From Dictyostelium discoideum (lineage: Eukaryota), in the NCBI GenBank assembly GCA_000004695.1, contig CM000152.2, forward strand, positions 5,856,001 through 5,920,000: DNA of 64,000 bases, read 5' to 3'. Both the position numbers and the translations under genes were made by a program. Position 1 is the stretch's first letter. Each line of letters begins with the position of its first letter. The notes under the pieces were generated by a model. The model was not told where the DNA came from, ran no database searches, and was given only the letters and a program-made list of their open reading frames with translations. Of the stretch, positions 1-13,403 are shown one piece after another.

Positions 1-2238
<2,238 letters not shown>

Positions 2239-2324
2239 TAAACATTTTATTTATTTATTAATTAATTAATTTATTTATTTAATTGTTTTTTTTTTTAAAT
2301 TTTTTTTTATTTTTTTTTATTTAT

Positions 2325-3386
2325 TTATTCTAATAAAATACACCAATCAATATTTGGTTTAATTGTTTTTGAATTATTTAAAGTTGAAACAGCCATATGA
2401 CCAGCAAAGAATTCTGTATTATATTCAGTACCATTATCATCGATTTTAACAGGTACAAAGAGGAAACCTCTTGGGACGTCATTGGTATTGACAAAGATCC
2501 AATCAGTGTTGAATTTTCCTCCTCCAAATTCATGTCTTTCTTTATTTTTACCCATCCATTTACCATCATTATCAAAAACACAGAAAGCTGTAATCCAACC
2601 ACTGATATAACGTGGACCTGAGCCTGCACCTTCTTGACTGGCAATACGATTCCACCATTCAATATCTGGTTTACCATTGACGGAACTAATGATTTTATCA
2701 ATGATTGGTGAGAGCATTTCAGACCAATCTTTCATAACTGAACCATCTTTATTATCTTTGAAATCAAATTCTTTTAATTTTTCAATTCTATTCTTTATAT
2801 CGACCCAATCATCGAGGGTACCCTCTAATGTTACCTCTGGTAAACCACACATTAAACACATTTTAAAGTCAAAGTAACTTTTAACGGTTGCCATTAATGC
2901 AATTGATGCTGCCATTGTATCGTTTGGAGTTGTAGTTGAAAATGGTTTGTTTGCCCATTCTCTAATTGATGGATCTTTGATATTCTTTTCAATTTCTTGA
3001 GTCATTCTAATGGTTAATGATTGATAATCTGCTGTCATCAATTTTCCACCACCCCTTACTACCAATTGTTTTTTTCCTTGGAAATCAACAATCTTACTTC
3101 TTAATTGTTCAGCGTTGGCATTTAAATATGACGAGAATTGTACCAAAATTGCCATCCAAATATCATCTGGACGAATGATTAAAGAATGGTGATTTGAATA
3201 CGCAATGAACGAACTTAAAACAAATGAATTACCGCCTACACTCTTTGAAATACCTTCTTTGATACTACTTCTAACTACTTTTCTTTCTGGTTCATTTGGT
3301 TTACCACCATACAATTTTTGGTGTGAAAAATCTAATCCTTTGAATTCACTCTCTCTTACATTTGCTACTTTAAATGTTATAGACAT
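2325..3386 (-). CDS. Conserved hypothetical protein, 353 aa, single exon. A DUF4419-like family assignment is tentative.
   Basis: Long non-low-complexity ORF with an ATG start at 3386 and balanced amino-acid composition (WMGKNKERHEFGGGKFNTDW). The family call is from memory only. Confidence 0.55.
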   Translation of the reverse strand: MSITFKVANVRESEFKGLDFSHQKLYGGKPNEPERKVVRSSIKEGISKSVGGNSFVLSSFIAYSNHHSLIIRPDDIWMAILVQFSSYLNANAEQLRSKIVDFQGKKQLVVRGGGKLMTADYQSLTIRMTQEIEKNIKDPSIREWANKPFSTTTPNDTMAASIALMATVKSYFDFKMCLMCGLPEVTLEGTLDDWVDIKNRIEKLKEFDFKDNKDGSVMKDWSEMLSPIIDKIISSVNGKPDIEWWNRIASQEGAGSGPRYISGWITAFCVFDNDGKWMGKNKERHEFGGGKFNTDWIFVNTNDVPRGFLFVPVKIDDNGTEYNTEFFAGHMAVSTLNNSKTIKPNIDWCILLE

Positions 3387-3629
3387 TGTTGTTATTGTTC
3401 TGCTGTTGTTGAAAAAATGGAATTAATAAAAAAAAAAAAAAAAAAATTTATATAGTTAATAAAAAACAAAAAAAACAAAAAAAAAAAAAACAAAAAAAAC
3501 AAAAAAAAAAAACAAAAAAAAAAAATTAAAATTTAATTTAAAAAAATAAAATAAAAAATAATTTAATTGAAAATTACTTTCTCGGGTGGGAAATTCAAAG
3601 TAAAATTTCGTAAGGTCCGAGCGTTGAAA

Positions 3630-3665
<36 letters not shown>

Positions 3666-3830
3666 AAAATAATAGTTTTTTTTGGAATTTGGACTCATTT
3701 GTTTTTGTTAATTAAAAACATTTAATGATTTTTTTTTAATTAAAAAAATAAAAAAAAAAAAAAATCTTTTAATTTTTTTTTACAATTGTAAAAATACCTT
3801 ATCTAATTTTAATGTTGTATAATAATTTAT

Positions 3831-5526
3831 TTATTTATGATCTCTTTCAATTACTTGACATGACCATTGTTTTGGTCTAATTGAATTAATTGTAAAAGCT
3901 TCTTCTGATATTGGTGTATTGTCAATTGGTTGGAATTCAAAAGACTGGAATAATCTAGAGAATATAATAAACAATTCATCGATAGCAAATGACATGAATG
4001 GACATGTTCTAATACCAATATCAAATGTCATATGAAGGATTTCAGGATTATCACCAATGTAACGATTTGGATTGAAAGTTAATGGGTCTTTGTGATATTG
4101 TGGATCAAAGTTGAATGAATGTGCATTTGGTATGATTAATGTACCAACTGGAATAGTATAACTTTCACCTTTGGCACTACATTCATGTTTTAAAACAATT
4201 GGATCATTAACAACACGTGAAGCAATAATAGGTTGAATTGGTCTTAATCTATGAATTTCTTTAATTGATGCATTTAACAATGGATACTTTTGTTTATCAA
4301 CTAAAACTGGTAATCTAATACCAACATCTAATAATTCTGTACGTATTCTATCTTGCATCTCTTTTCTATTTGTCATCATTAATGTAAACCAGTCCTGTAT
4401 TTATATAAACAACAAAATAATTAGTAACTATTGTTTGGGTAGCACTTTCACATTAATGTATAATTACCATTGTTCTAGCAGTTGATTCAGTACCACCTAT
4501 AAACATATCCATTAAGAAATGTGGCAAATGTTCATATGTAATTAATTTTGGTTCATCTTGATCTAATATACAATTTATCATATGATCTAATGCACATTTT
4601 GGATTATTTCTGTCGTGTTGTTTTAAATATTTCTCTAAAAATGGTTTAACCAATGCATACATTTCTTTAACTACACCATCAATATCTTTATACTGTTCGG
4701 TCAATCGATAATTTACAAATTAATAAATTATACATACTACACTATTAATAATAATAATAAATAAAATACATACACTTGTAAATATTTCAAATATTGGCAT
4801 TAAATCTGATGCTTTTTGACAACTTGCAATTATTTTTTCAGTACACACTAATAAAGAATCAATTAATGGATCAGTAAATTCTAAATCTGTACCAAATTGA
4901 AAATTGAAAATAATACTAATTGTAAGTCTTTTAAATTCAGGCTCCAATGTAACCTATACAAATAAATAAATTAATATGTGTGCAGTTGTAATTTATATAA
5001 TTATTATTGATTTGATGGTACATACGATATTATTATTTGATTTGATTAATTTTTTAATATGATTTTCAAATTTTAAATATTGAGTATGAAATATTTTATC
5101 CAATACTTGTTGACCCATTTTATTTTTTGAAAATGAAATTACAATGAATGATCTTAACTTTTTCCATTCATCAGGACTACATCCTAAAATACTTTTACCT
5201 TGAGCGTATCTTTTAATTGATGGTGTATGAAATCTTTCGAAAACACTATCACTTTGTTCTATTACAACTTGTTTAATTAATTTTGGTGAATTTAAAACAA
5301 TACAATCATGTTGACCAAATTTAATGAAATAAAAATCTTTATATTTGTCATAAAATTTATCAAAACTTTTATGAAATCTTTCTTTATCAAATGCATATAA
5401 TGCACCTAATAATGGTAAATTGAATGGACCTTGTACTTTTCGTAAATCATTTTTACCACCATTATTTAATAAATATTTATTTACAAAAATTACTGTTAAA
5501 ATTATTATTACTATAGTTAATATCAT
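3831..5526 (-). CDS. Cytochrome P450, 4 exons: complement(join(5026..5526,4774..4953,4478..4693,3831..4394)), about 486 aa.
   Basis: N-terminal TM anchor and a Pro-rich hinge (VQGPFNLPLLG). I-helix FIGGTESTARTM, K-helix ExxR (EIHRLR), PNRY, and heme loop FDIGIRTCPF. Donors are GTATGT, GTATGT and GTAATT and the acceptors are AG, all on the minus strand. All exon junctions keep the frame, giving ...KSNNNI|VTLEPEF, ...FTS|YKDIDG and ...ARTM|DWFTLMMTNRKEMQ. Confidence 0.8.
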
Positions 5527-5726
5527 TGTGTGTTATTATTAATTTATTGGTTTTTATGAATATGAAAAAAAAATAATAGTGGTCTGTGTGTGTTTAAATA
5601 TAAAAAAATTTCATTTTTAATTGAATAAAAAATAAAAAAAAAAATAAAAAAAAAAAATAAATAATTTTAAATAAATTTAATTTTTTAAATTATTATTATT
5701 ATTGAATTATATTTATTTATTTTGAA

Positions 5727-5765
5727 TGTTGTAGGGAATTTTCAATAAAATTTCACTACACAGCG
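5727..5765. repeat. Left arm of a perfect 39-bp inverted repeat (tgttgtagggaattttcaataaaatttcactacacagcg)
   Basis: Exact reverse complement of 6982..7020. I checked this base by base. Confidence 0.75.
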
Positions 5766-6139
5766 TTCATCATCATCCATTGGCATATTAATAATATTAA
5801 CTGGTAATAGTAATGGCGAATCTAATTGTTGTTGTTGTGGTGATGTTGTTGTTTTTGTTGTTGTTGAAGAAGATGAAGAAGATGAAGAAGATGAAGATGA
5901 TCTTAATTGCAGTGGTTGTAGTTGATTTATTACATTCTTCAATTGGTTCCTCTGGAATTGCATGCTTCAGTTTCTTGTTTAGTTAATTCTTTACTTGGTT
6001 TAATTTCTTGTAAAATTTGACTAGCCGTTGTTACATTATGTTGATTTAAATCTTGTGAGGAAGATAAAGAATTCTCTGCATTAACTTTTAATTGTAAAAT
6101 ATCAAATGGTGATAATACTTCAGGTGCTTCATCAATCAT
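5742..6139 (-). other. Two overlapping low-complexity ORF fragments (poly-Ser/Thr/Gln) inside the inverted-repeat-bounded segment. Possibly exons of a small gene or a decayed element ORF.
   Basis: Track ORFs 5742..5963 and 5939..6139 lie in different frames. A further stop-free Ser/Thr-rich frame on the minus strand at about 6361..6500 lacks an ATG. The 5742 ORF ends inside the left inverted repeat. Confidence 0.25.
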
Positions 6140-6981
6140 TTTGGATGATTGTTACTATTATGTTGTTGTTGTTGTGATGATGATGATATTGATAATGATC
6201 AAGATGAAGCTGATTGATGATTTTTTCTTTCTTTACCAAGGAAATCAGTTGATCAATTCAAAGAAGAATTTAATTTTGGCATCATATTGCACCGACTGAT
6301 GGTTTGCGTTGAATAAAACTTGTTGATCTGGTGATGATGGTATACCCCTAATTGTTGGGGATTATCCAACTGATACACTTGTAGTAGTATTACCACCAAT
6401 ATTATTACTACTAGTATTTAATGGAGTTGGAATTGGTGTCGATGCACTACTTAATGATGGTGAAGATTGAGCTGATGATATCACATTATTATTATTATTA
6501 TTTATTTTTTATTATTGATAACAACTGGAGTAACACTTAGAATTGTTTTGAAAGAAACCTTCACTATCTAATTTTGCTGCTTTTGTTCTTTCATCTTTTG
6601 AAATTAATACCCAATTAGTATTTTAATTTTGGTAATTCATTAATAACAAATAATATAAACTCTTCACATTTCTTTTAAATTAAATTATTTTCAAATGATA
6701 AATATTTGAAGTTTTAGATTTCTTTAATGTTTGTTATTTGTTGTCCTTAAATTGAAAATATGAAAATAAAAAAAAAATGAAAAACAAAAACGAAAAAAAA
6801 AATGAGAAAAAAAAAAAAAAAAAAAAAAAAAACAATAAAAAAACTTAAATAGAACTAATAATCAAATAAAAGATAATTTAATAAACTTTATTTGTTTTTT
6901 TGAAAAAAAAAAAATTTAGGGTCAGTGATTTTTTTTTTTTCACTACGCTACTGTAGTGAAATTAAATAATAAAATTCACTG

Positions 6982-7020
6982 CGCTGTGTAGTGAAATTTT
7001 ATTGAAAATTCCCTACAACA
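6982..7020. repeat. Right arm of the 39-bp inverted repeat. It is preceded by two copies of a 23-bp hairpin-forming motif (6941..6963 and 6977..7000).
   Basis: cgctgtgtagtgaaattttattgaaaattccctacaaca is the reverse complement of the left arm. The adjacent motif cactacgctactgtagtg has a 6-bp stem (cactac/gtagtg) and is duplicated. Confidence 0.75.
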
Positions 7021-7090
7021 ATTACAAAGTCGTATTATAAATTATTACGTTTCAGAATTATTTTCAAATCAAGAAGAATCATCTCAAACA

Positions 7091-7633
7091 ATGATTGATA
7101 CAGTTGAACGATTTCAAACAAATCATCAAACAATACCATATTTTGAAGACGTTAGGCCATTAACGGAAGGTTCATTCAGTAAAGATGGTTGTTGGATGTT
7201 AAGTAAATCTCAATGTTTAACAGTAGATCAACAACCATACTATAATGATGTTGGTTTGGGATTGGATTGGATTGTTGATTTGTACACAAAGACCACATTA
7301 AAAATGATTTATACAAATCCAATTGAAAGATCAAAAACAAGCGAAGAATATTTATGGTTACAAACTGTTTCACCAACAATTATGACATTTGGATTAGACA
7401 TTGCCACATTCTATTTTTCCTATTATTTAGCAAATCAAGAATGGTCAACTCTAGTTTTAACTTCAATTTTATCAGTCTCTTGTGTATTATTACTATTAAT
7501 TTATGTTGCTTTATTTAGACCATATTTAAAGTTCCTTAGAGTTCAACATATTCATACATTGGCTTTATTAAGACTTGCTCCTGATGATATTAGGTACATG
7601 GAAATTAGTGATAAAATAATTGGTGAAGATTAA
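7091..7633 (+). CDS. Hypothetical protein, 180 aa, with a C-terminal hydrophobic segment
   Basis: ATG at 7091. The sequence is non-repetitive (CWMLSKSQCLTVDQQPYYNDVGLGLDW) with a predicted TM stretch (LVLTSILSVSCVLLLLIYVALF). Confidence 0.5.
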   Translation: MIDTVERFQTNHQTIPYFEDVRPLTEGSFSKDGCWMLSKSQCLTVDQQPYYNDVGLGLDWIVDLYTKTTLKMIYTNPIERSKTSEEYLWLQTVSPTIMTFGLDIATFYFSYYLANQEWSTLVLTSILSVSCVLLLLIYVALFRPYLKFLRVQHIHTLALLRLAPDDIRYMEISDKIIGED

Positions 7634-8131
7634 AAAAAATACATAAAATAAATTATTTCTCAAATTGTAAAAAAAAAAGATTCACATTTTAAATTTGCAA
7701 CACAAATGAAATAGGTTGTAAATTTCACTGCCTTTTTTATTCTTTTGTTTATTCAACACTACTATTTTATTATTTAGTTTTTTTTAATTGTTTTTTTAAT
7801 ATCAAATTAATTTTTCATTCCTCAAAAAATATTAAATTTATAATTCCTTCAGGATCAATACAAATACCATTTGAAGATGGAAGATGAACCACTTTCTCCA
7901 TCACACATTCTCGATACGTTGGTGAATAATAGTAATTTTAAAAAAGATTTTAATAATGACACAGCATTAGTGATTTAGAATTTTTAGCAATTGATGGTAA
8001 AGATGAAATAAAAATAAATAAAGATACTAAAATTTTATAAAAGTTAACTTTTGGGTACAATGAAAAGAGTGAATTAAGAATTCTTTTTTTTTGATAATTC
8101 AACAGACATTTTTGCTGATGCATGAAATTGT

Positions 8132-8482
8132 GTGATTAATTGGTCAACTGATTCTCTTTCATATATGTTAATTGATGATTCTTGTGTTGGAAAATACATT
8201 TCGTCAATAATTTTAAATGGTGGTGAGCGAGGTGATATAATTTCAAAAATTATTCAAATTGTTGAAAACCATTCATCTTTTATAAATGATTTTTATTCAT
8301 CTGGCAAAGAAATTGATAGTAGTAATATGATAAACTGTGTTAAATTATTGGCATATCAATTTGGTTCAATTCAAGGTGGAATAGATTCCAAAATTGTTAT
8401 TCAAAAATATAGATACAAGAACTGGAACCAATTGGTATATTTTAAACCAACTGGTAATATTAAAATTTTAAATGTCAATTAA
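8132..8482 (+). CDS. Possible small hypothetical ORF. The track start is a GTG; the first in-frame ATG gives about 105 aa.
   Basis: Coding-like composition (GGERGDIISKIIQIVENH) in an AT-rich region, with no recognisable family. Confidence 0.25.
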   Translation: MINWSTDSLSYMLIDDSCVGKYISSIILNGGERGDIISKIIQIVENHSSFINDFYSSGKEIDSSNMINCVKLLAYQFGSIQGGIDSKIVIQKYRYKNWNQLVYFKPTGNIKILNVN

Positions 8483-9572
8483 ATCAATCAAAAGGTTTTC
8501 AATTGGGATGGTTTTACAAATAAAGATAGTCAAGGGTATTTTTTAATTGGATCATCATATCTTGTAAAATAATGATATTGACAAGATAAAGAAATTAAAA
8601 CAAATAGAGAAATTATAAAAAAAAGAATATAATATACGAAGAAGATACTCGAGATTATGAAGATATCATTGATCCAGAAAACATAATTCAAGATGAAAAG
8701 GATCAAGATTATGATTATGATTAAATTACTGAAGAATCTAATTTTGAAGAAAATCAAATTTAATAAATAAATAAAAAAAATTATGATATACAACAATGAT
8801 TTGGTTTTAAATATATTGTTATTATATTTTGGACTATTGTCACATATGTAATATTATCGATTATCTAAACCTCGATATAAATTTAATAAACTCCAAATGT
8901 AAAATATACAGATAAAAAATTGAATTTATAAACAGGTAATAAAATATGGGATAAACAGGAAATTATATTAAGATCAAGTTCATTTATATAAATATTTTAA
9001 AATATGGAAATCATGACATTCCACTACGAATATGTGAGCTAACAATGTTATGAATTTGGTGAACGATAATCCTCTCCCATCACCGCTGAAAACTATATTG
9101 TCATTACTAATATTGTTCATTATTACTATTATTTATGTTTTATTTTACCTAATTATTTTTTTTTTTTTTATTTTTATTTTTTTTTTATTTTTTAAATTTA
9201 TTATTACGCACGATATTTGTTTTGATCAACTGCTATGTCACCAAATGTAATAACCACTGTTAATCTATTAATTACAGAATTATGTTATTAAGGTCTAAAC
9301 TTACTAAATGAATTACACACTACAAAGATTATGTTTTATAAATATGATGAATGATCGACCACTTTATTTAATGTTATTTTATGTGTATTTATACTCTTAT
9401 GTTTTATGCTAGCTAATCATTACTCGTTGCAATAGAACCTTCTAGAAAGCATGTTGATTCATTAAAGATATTTATTGATTACTTGAAAACCTTACGAAAC
9501 ATCGTAACCCTAACTTAACTATGTACGAAACCATGTTTTTTTTTTTTTTTTTTTTTGAATGTACGAAACCAT

Positions 9573-9897
9573 TTTTTTTTTTTTTGAATTGGATAACGCA
9601 ATTATTATTTGCTTCTCCTTGAGATGCTAGATCTCATTTTATTTTTTTTTTTTTTTTACAGGGTCTTTTTGATTAAAACATCTTTTTTGTCCAAACTTTT
9701 TTCTAAATCTTTTTTTATTTTATCGTCTGGTTCGTGATTGATGTTTATGACGTATTTGAATTGTTTTTTTTTTAATTGAGTTTTATCCACAATTTCGCTT
9801 ATTTTTTGTAGGCATTTGTGTTGCTTAATATTTGTGGTGTTGTTTGTGATTTTCATTTTATTTTCTTTCTATCTTTTTTATTTTTCTGATTAACTTG

Positions 9898-9939
<42 letters not shown>

Positions 9940-11645
9940 TTATAGAAAGTACTGAGTGAATTATTGTATTTTTTGAGATGTTTAGGAAGTTCTATTGCGG
10001 GTGTTGATGATGATTTGTGACACCCCTTGTCCTGTTTTATCAATTGGTGCGTGGTGTGTTATTTTGTTTTTATATTGTTGATTTATTGAGTAAATTTTAT
10101 TTGTTTTTATATTTGTTTCAGTTAGAAGTGCTGCGTCCAGCTTGTTGTTGTCTAAAACGGTGTTTATTATGCTGGCAGATTGGATGGTATTGGATCCTTG
10201 GACGTTCCAAACACCTATTCTTATTGTGTTTTTCTTTATAGTTTTATTTGGGGTAGATTTTTATCTACCTTTTGAAGTTTCTGGTTTATTTTGTCTTCTA
10301 ACTGATCTTTACTTTGTTCATTGTGTTGTTGGTCTTGTGTGTTTGTGGGGTTTTTTGATTTATTGATTTGTTTTAGAATTTCCTTGTTGAAGTTGTCTAT
10401 ATCTTCATCCATTTTTGTTTTTATGCTTTTTTGTCCATATTCACCCAATTTTGGTTTGACTGGTGTTTTGTTGGTCTTGTTTGTTTTGTCTTGTTGTTTC
10501 TTTTTTGGTGTGTTTAACAATTTACTTGGTGAATCGATAATTTTCGATGGTGTACCATAGGTTGGGCTGAAACTCATGATATGTTTTATTGGAGAGGAGA
10601 AGAACCATTGATTTGAAGGGATTGAAAGTGGGAATTCTATTTTTCTTATTGCATCAGTGTTTGGGCTGGTGAAGTCGAAGATATCATTTGCCTCTCTAAG
10701 TTTTTCTTCCGTTGTTAGTCCCTTTGTTTCGCCGTGTTGTTTTATTGGTGTATTGTATGGAGATGGTGGTTCGATAGGTTTTTCTGATTTTGTTTTAATT
10801 TCTTGATTGTTTATCGATTGGGTATTGATCTCATTCTCTATTCTTGTTAGTTCATCTACGTTTTCTAGTGATGCTTCTATTACCTTTTGAGCTGTATCAT
10901 CTAGGGCCATAAATGTTTTATCATTAGATGAGGATGTGATTGGTGGGATAATGATTGTTCTTTTTCCTTGTTTTGGTATTTGTTCTGATGTAGATTGTGG
11001 TTGTTGTTCATCTGATTGTTTTTTATTTTTGTTTTCTTCTTGATTTTCTGGTAATGAGGTTTGATCTCTCCATCCTTTGTTGGAGTGTCCAATTAATGTT
11101 AGATTGTCTAGTTCAATGATAGTGTCAAATTCTTCTACGACTCTTTTCACTGTTTTGATAATTAGAGTTTCGCCTTTAATTTCTGATTTAATTAGTTTAC
11201 ATCCTTCATTTTCTATTACCCATTCTATTTCATTGTGGTATTTATACCAATCAAAATCTCTGCATCTATTTTTTGGTCTTATAGTGGTTATAAATTGTCC
11301 TTTTAATTCTGCATCAAACATATTTACAAAATAGATTACTGTACTAATACTGTCTGTGAGAATTTTGAATGTATTATTACTTTTGATTAAAACATCTTTT
11401 TTGTCCAAACTTTTTTCTAAATCTTTTTTTATTTTATCGTCTGGTTCGTGATTGATGTTTATGACGTATTTGAATTGTTTTTTTTTTAATTGAGTTTTAT
11501 CCACAATTTCGCTTATTTTTTGTAGGCATTTGTGTTGCTTAATATTTGTGGTGTTGTTTGTGATTTTCATTTTATTTTCTTTCTATCTTTTTTATTTTTC
11601 TTTAAAAAGTTAAAAATCTGGAAATTTTCTAATTAACTTGGTTCC

Positions 11646-11689
<44 letters not shown>

Positions 11690-11956
11690 TCTTTTTTATA
11701 TGAAAAATGAAATAATCAAAAAAAGAGATTGTTGTTGTTGTTTGTTTTTTTCGATCTGATTATTTTTTGCTTTTTTTTTGAAAATTTTGCTACGCAAAAT
11801 TCTCAAAACGAAACAAATAATAAATTACAATAAAGTAAAAAGATGGCTTTTTAAAATAGTTTATTTATTTATTTATTTGTTTTTTAAGTCTTTTTTATAT
11901 GAAAAATGAAATAATCAAAAAAAGAGATTGTTGTTGTTGTTTGTTTTTTTCGATCT
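9573..11956 (-). mobile_element. TRE5-A (DRE) non-LTR retrotransposon, an internally deleted A.2-like copy. Its 5' end lies about 50 bp upstream of tRNA-Val(AAC) at 12008.
   Basis: In the minus orientation the element reads as follows. There are a partial and a complete A-module-like block: the 70-bp repeat at 11688..11758 recurs at 11886..11956. A B-module follows, then ORF1 (10236..11570), the last ~20 codons of ORF2 (…ELPKHLKKYNNSLSTFYK*, about 9938..10000), oligo(A), a 3' B-module copy carrying the first 65 ORF1 codons (9656..9856), a C-module (…gagatctagcatctcaaggagaagcaa…gcgttatccaattc) and a poly(A) tail (9573..9586). The 16-17 bp target-site duplication gaatgtacgaaaccat lies at 9557..9572 and 11959..11974. 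The module layout follows my recollection of published DRE structure. Confidence 0.75.
10236..11570 (-). CDS. TRE5-A ORF1 protein, 444 aa
   Basis: Intact ORF. Its N-terminal 31-65 aa (MKITNNTTNIKQHKCLQKISEIVDKTQLKKKQFKYV…) recurs in four other TRE5-A module copies in this window. Confidence 0.8.
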   Translation of the reverse strand: MKITNNTTNIKQHKCLQKISEIVDKTQLKKKQFKYVININHEPDDKIKKDLEKSLDKKDVLIKSNNTFKILTDSISTVIYFVNMFDAELKGQFITTIRPKNRCRDFDWYKYHNEIEWVIENEGCKLIKSEIKGETLIIKTVKRVVEEFDTIIELDNLTLIGHSNKGWRDQTSLPENQEENKNKKQSDEQQPQSTSEQIPKQGKRTIIIPPITSSSNDKTFMALDDTAQKVIEASLENVDELTRIENEINTQSINNQEIKTKSEKPIEPPSPYNTPIKQHGETKGLTTEEKLREANDIFDFTSPNTDAIRKIEFPLSIPSNQWFFSSPIKHIMSFSPTYGTPSKIIDSPSKLLNTPKKKQQDKTNKTNKTPVKPKLGEYGQKSIKTKMDEDIDNFNKEILKQINKSKNPTNTQDQQHNEQSKDQLEDKINQKLQKVDKNLPQIKL

Positions 11957-12007
11957 CGAATGTACGAAACCATGTACTATGATTCATCACAAAAAAAATA
12001 TCAATAT

Positions 12008-12081
12008 GTTCGGATGGTGTAGTCGGTTATCACGAATCCTTAACACGGATTAGGTCGTGGGTTCGATTCCCGCTCTGAATA
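12008..12081 (+). tRNA. tRNA-Val (anticodon AAC)
   Basis: Folded by hand. Acceptor GTTCGGA/TCTGAAT (two G-U pairs). Anticodon stem AATCC/GGATT with loop TTAACAC. T-arm GTGGG-TTCGATT-CCCGC. The T-run terminator follows. Confidence 0.85.
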
Positions 12082-12105
12082 CTTCTTTTTAAAGAACCGA
12101 TTATA

Positions 12106-12124
12106 GATCGCATGTTCGATTCCC
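12106..12124 (+). promoter_or_regulatory. External B-box (exB) downstream of tRNA-Val
   Basis: gatcgcatgTTCGATTCCc matches the B-box core about 25 bp past the tRNA 3' end. The same arrangement recurs at 14226..14244. Confidence 0.5.
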
Positions 12125-12887
12125 TATTTTGATTATGGTGTTAAAAAATACAAAAAAAAAAAAAAAGAAAAGAAAAAAAAATTATGTAATAATAAAATTT
12201 GCTTTTATAAAATTTTTAATTAATTTAAAATAAACAAATTAAAATATATACATTTAATTTTTTTTTTTTTTTATTTTTAATTTTGAAAATTTCATTTCAT
12301 TTTATTTTTCTACAAATAAAATTAAATTTTTATTTACAATTTATTTGTTACTGTAATCCTGAATAACAATAAATAGGGGAAAAAATAATTTTTTAATTTG
12401 AATAGTCACTATTTTATTTATTTTGAAAAAAAAACTTAAATTTTTGTAATTTTGATAGTCAATAAATTGAGTGAATTAGTATATTAATAAACAATATCGA
12501 ATATTAAAACATCAAAAGAAAATAAATAAATAAATATCATTATCGTTAAAAAATAAAATTGTGTACAAATAAACGAGTATTTCAAATAATATTATTAAGA
12601 GATAAATTTTATATAAGTTTATTTTTAAAGTGTTCAAAGGGTCACATATTGTATTGATATACAAAATATTATAAATATTCCATATAAGTTGGAGTACGAG
12701 GATCTTTACAAATGTAATAAAGTTTGTTTTTAAAATTGAGAATAATAAATAATTCCAAATGGAATAATTTTATAAATTATGATTATATTTAATTAATACA
12801 TGTTTAATTATTATCTTTATATATTAGATTATCTCTTAATATTGTGTATTACTCGAGTTGATTGAATAAACTTCTAAAATAAGTGTC

Positions 12888-13013
12888 TTTTTTTTGAATT
12901 GGATAACGCAATTATTAGTTGCTTCTCCTTGAGATGCTAGATCTCATTTTATTTTTAATTTTTTTTTTTATTTTTTTTTTTTACAGGGTCTCTAAAAGAG
13001 GGGTTAGTTTACT

Positions 13014-13052
<39 letters not shown>

Positions 13053-13340
13053 CGAATTTTGAATTGTATTATAACTTTTGATTAAAACATCTTTTTTGTC
13101 CAAATTTTTTCTAAATCTTTATTTATTTTATCGTCTGGTTCGTGATTGATGTTTATGACGTATTTGAATTGTTTTTTTTTTAATTGAGTTTTATCCACAA
13201 TTTCGCTTATTTTTTGTAGGCATTTGTGTTGCTTAATATTTGTGGTGTTGTTTGTGATTTTCATTTTATTTTCTTTCTATTTTTTATATTTTTCTTTAAA
13301 AAGTTAAAAATCTGGAAATTTTCTGATTAACTTGGGTTCC

Positions 13341-13403
<63 letters not shown>

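Noticed and set aside
3456-3698. Track ORFs made of poly-Phe/Lys/Asn inside A/T homopolymer runs. The same applies to 8530..8796, 9050..9250, 28845..29090, 31853..32074, 34637 upstream part, 40422..41133, 37761..37973, 39176..39499, 58250..58441 and others.
   Set aside because: They are translations of poly(A)/poly(T) or triplet-repeat DNA. Some are antisense to real genes, without ATG context, and have no coding composition.
10017-10560. Plus-strand ORFs (10017..10241, 10142..10366, 10321..10560, 11077..11334, 13895..14083, 49830..50090, 46522..46719)
   Set aside because: They are antisense to TRE5 ORF1/ORF2 coding sequence and rich in Cys/Leu/Phe from the complementary codons. These are shadow ORFs.
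12100-12140. Second tRNA-like gene just downstream of tRNA-Val
   Set aside because: Only the B-box core (gTTCGATTCC) is present, with no acceptor or anticodon arms. This fits the external B-box expected downstream of Dictyostelium tRNA genes, not a gene.
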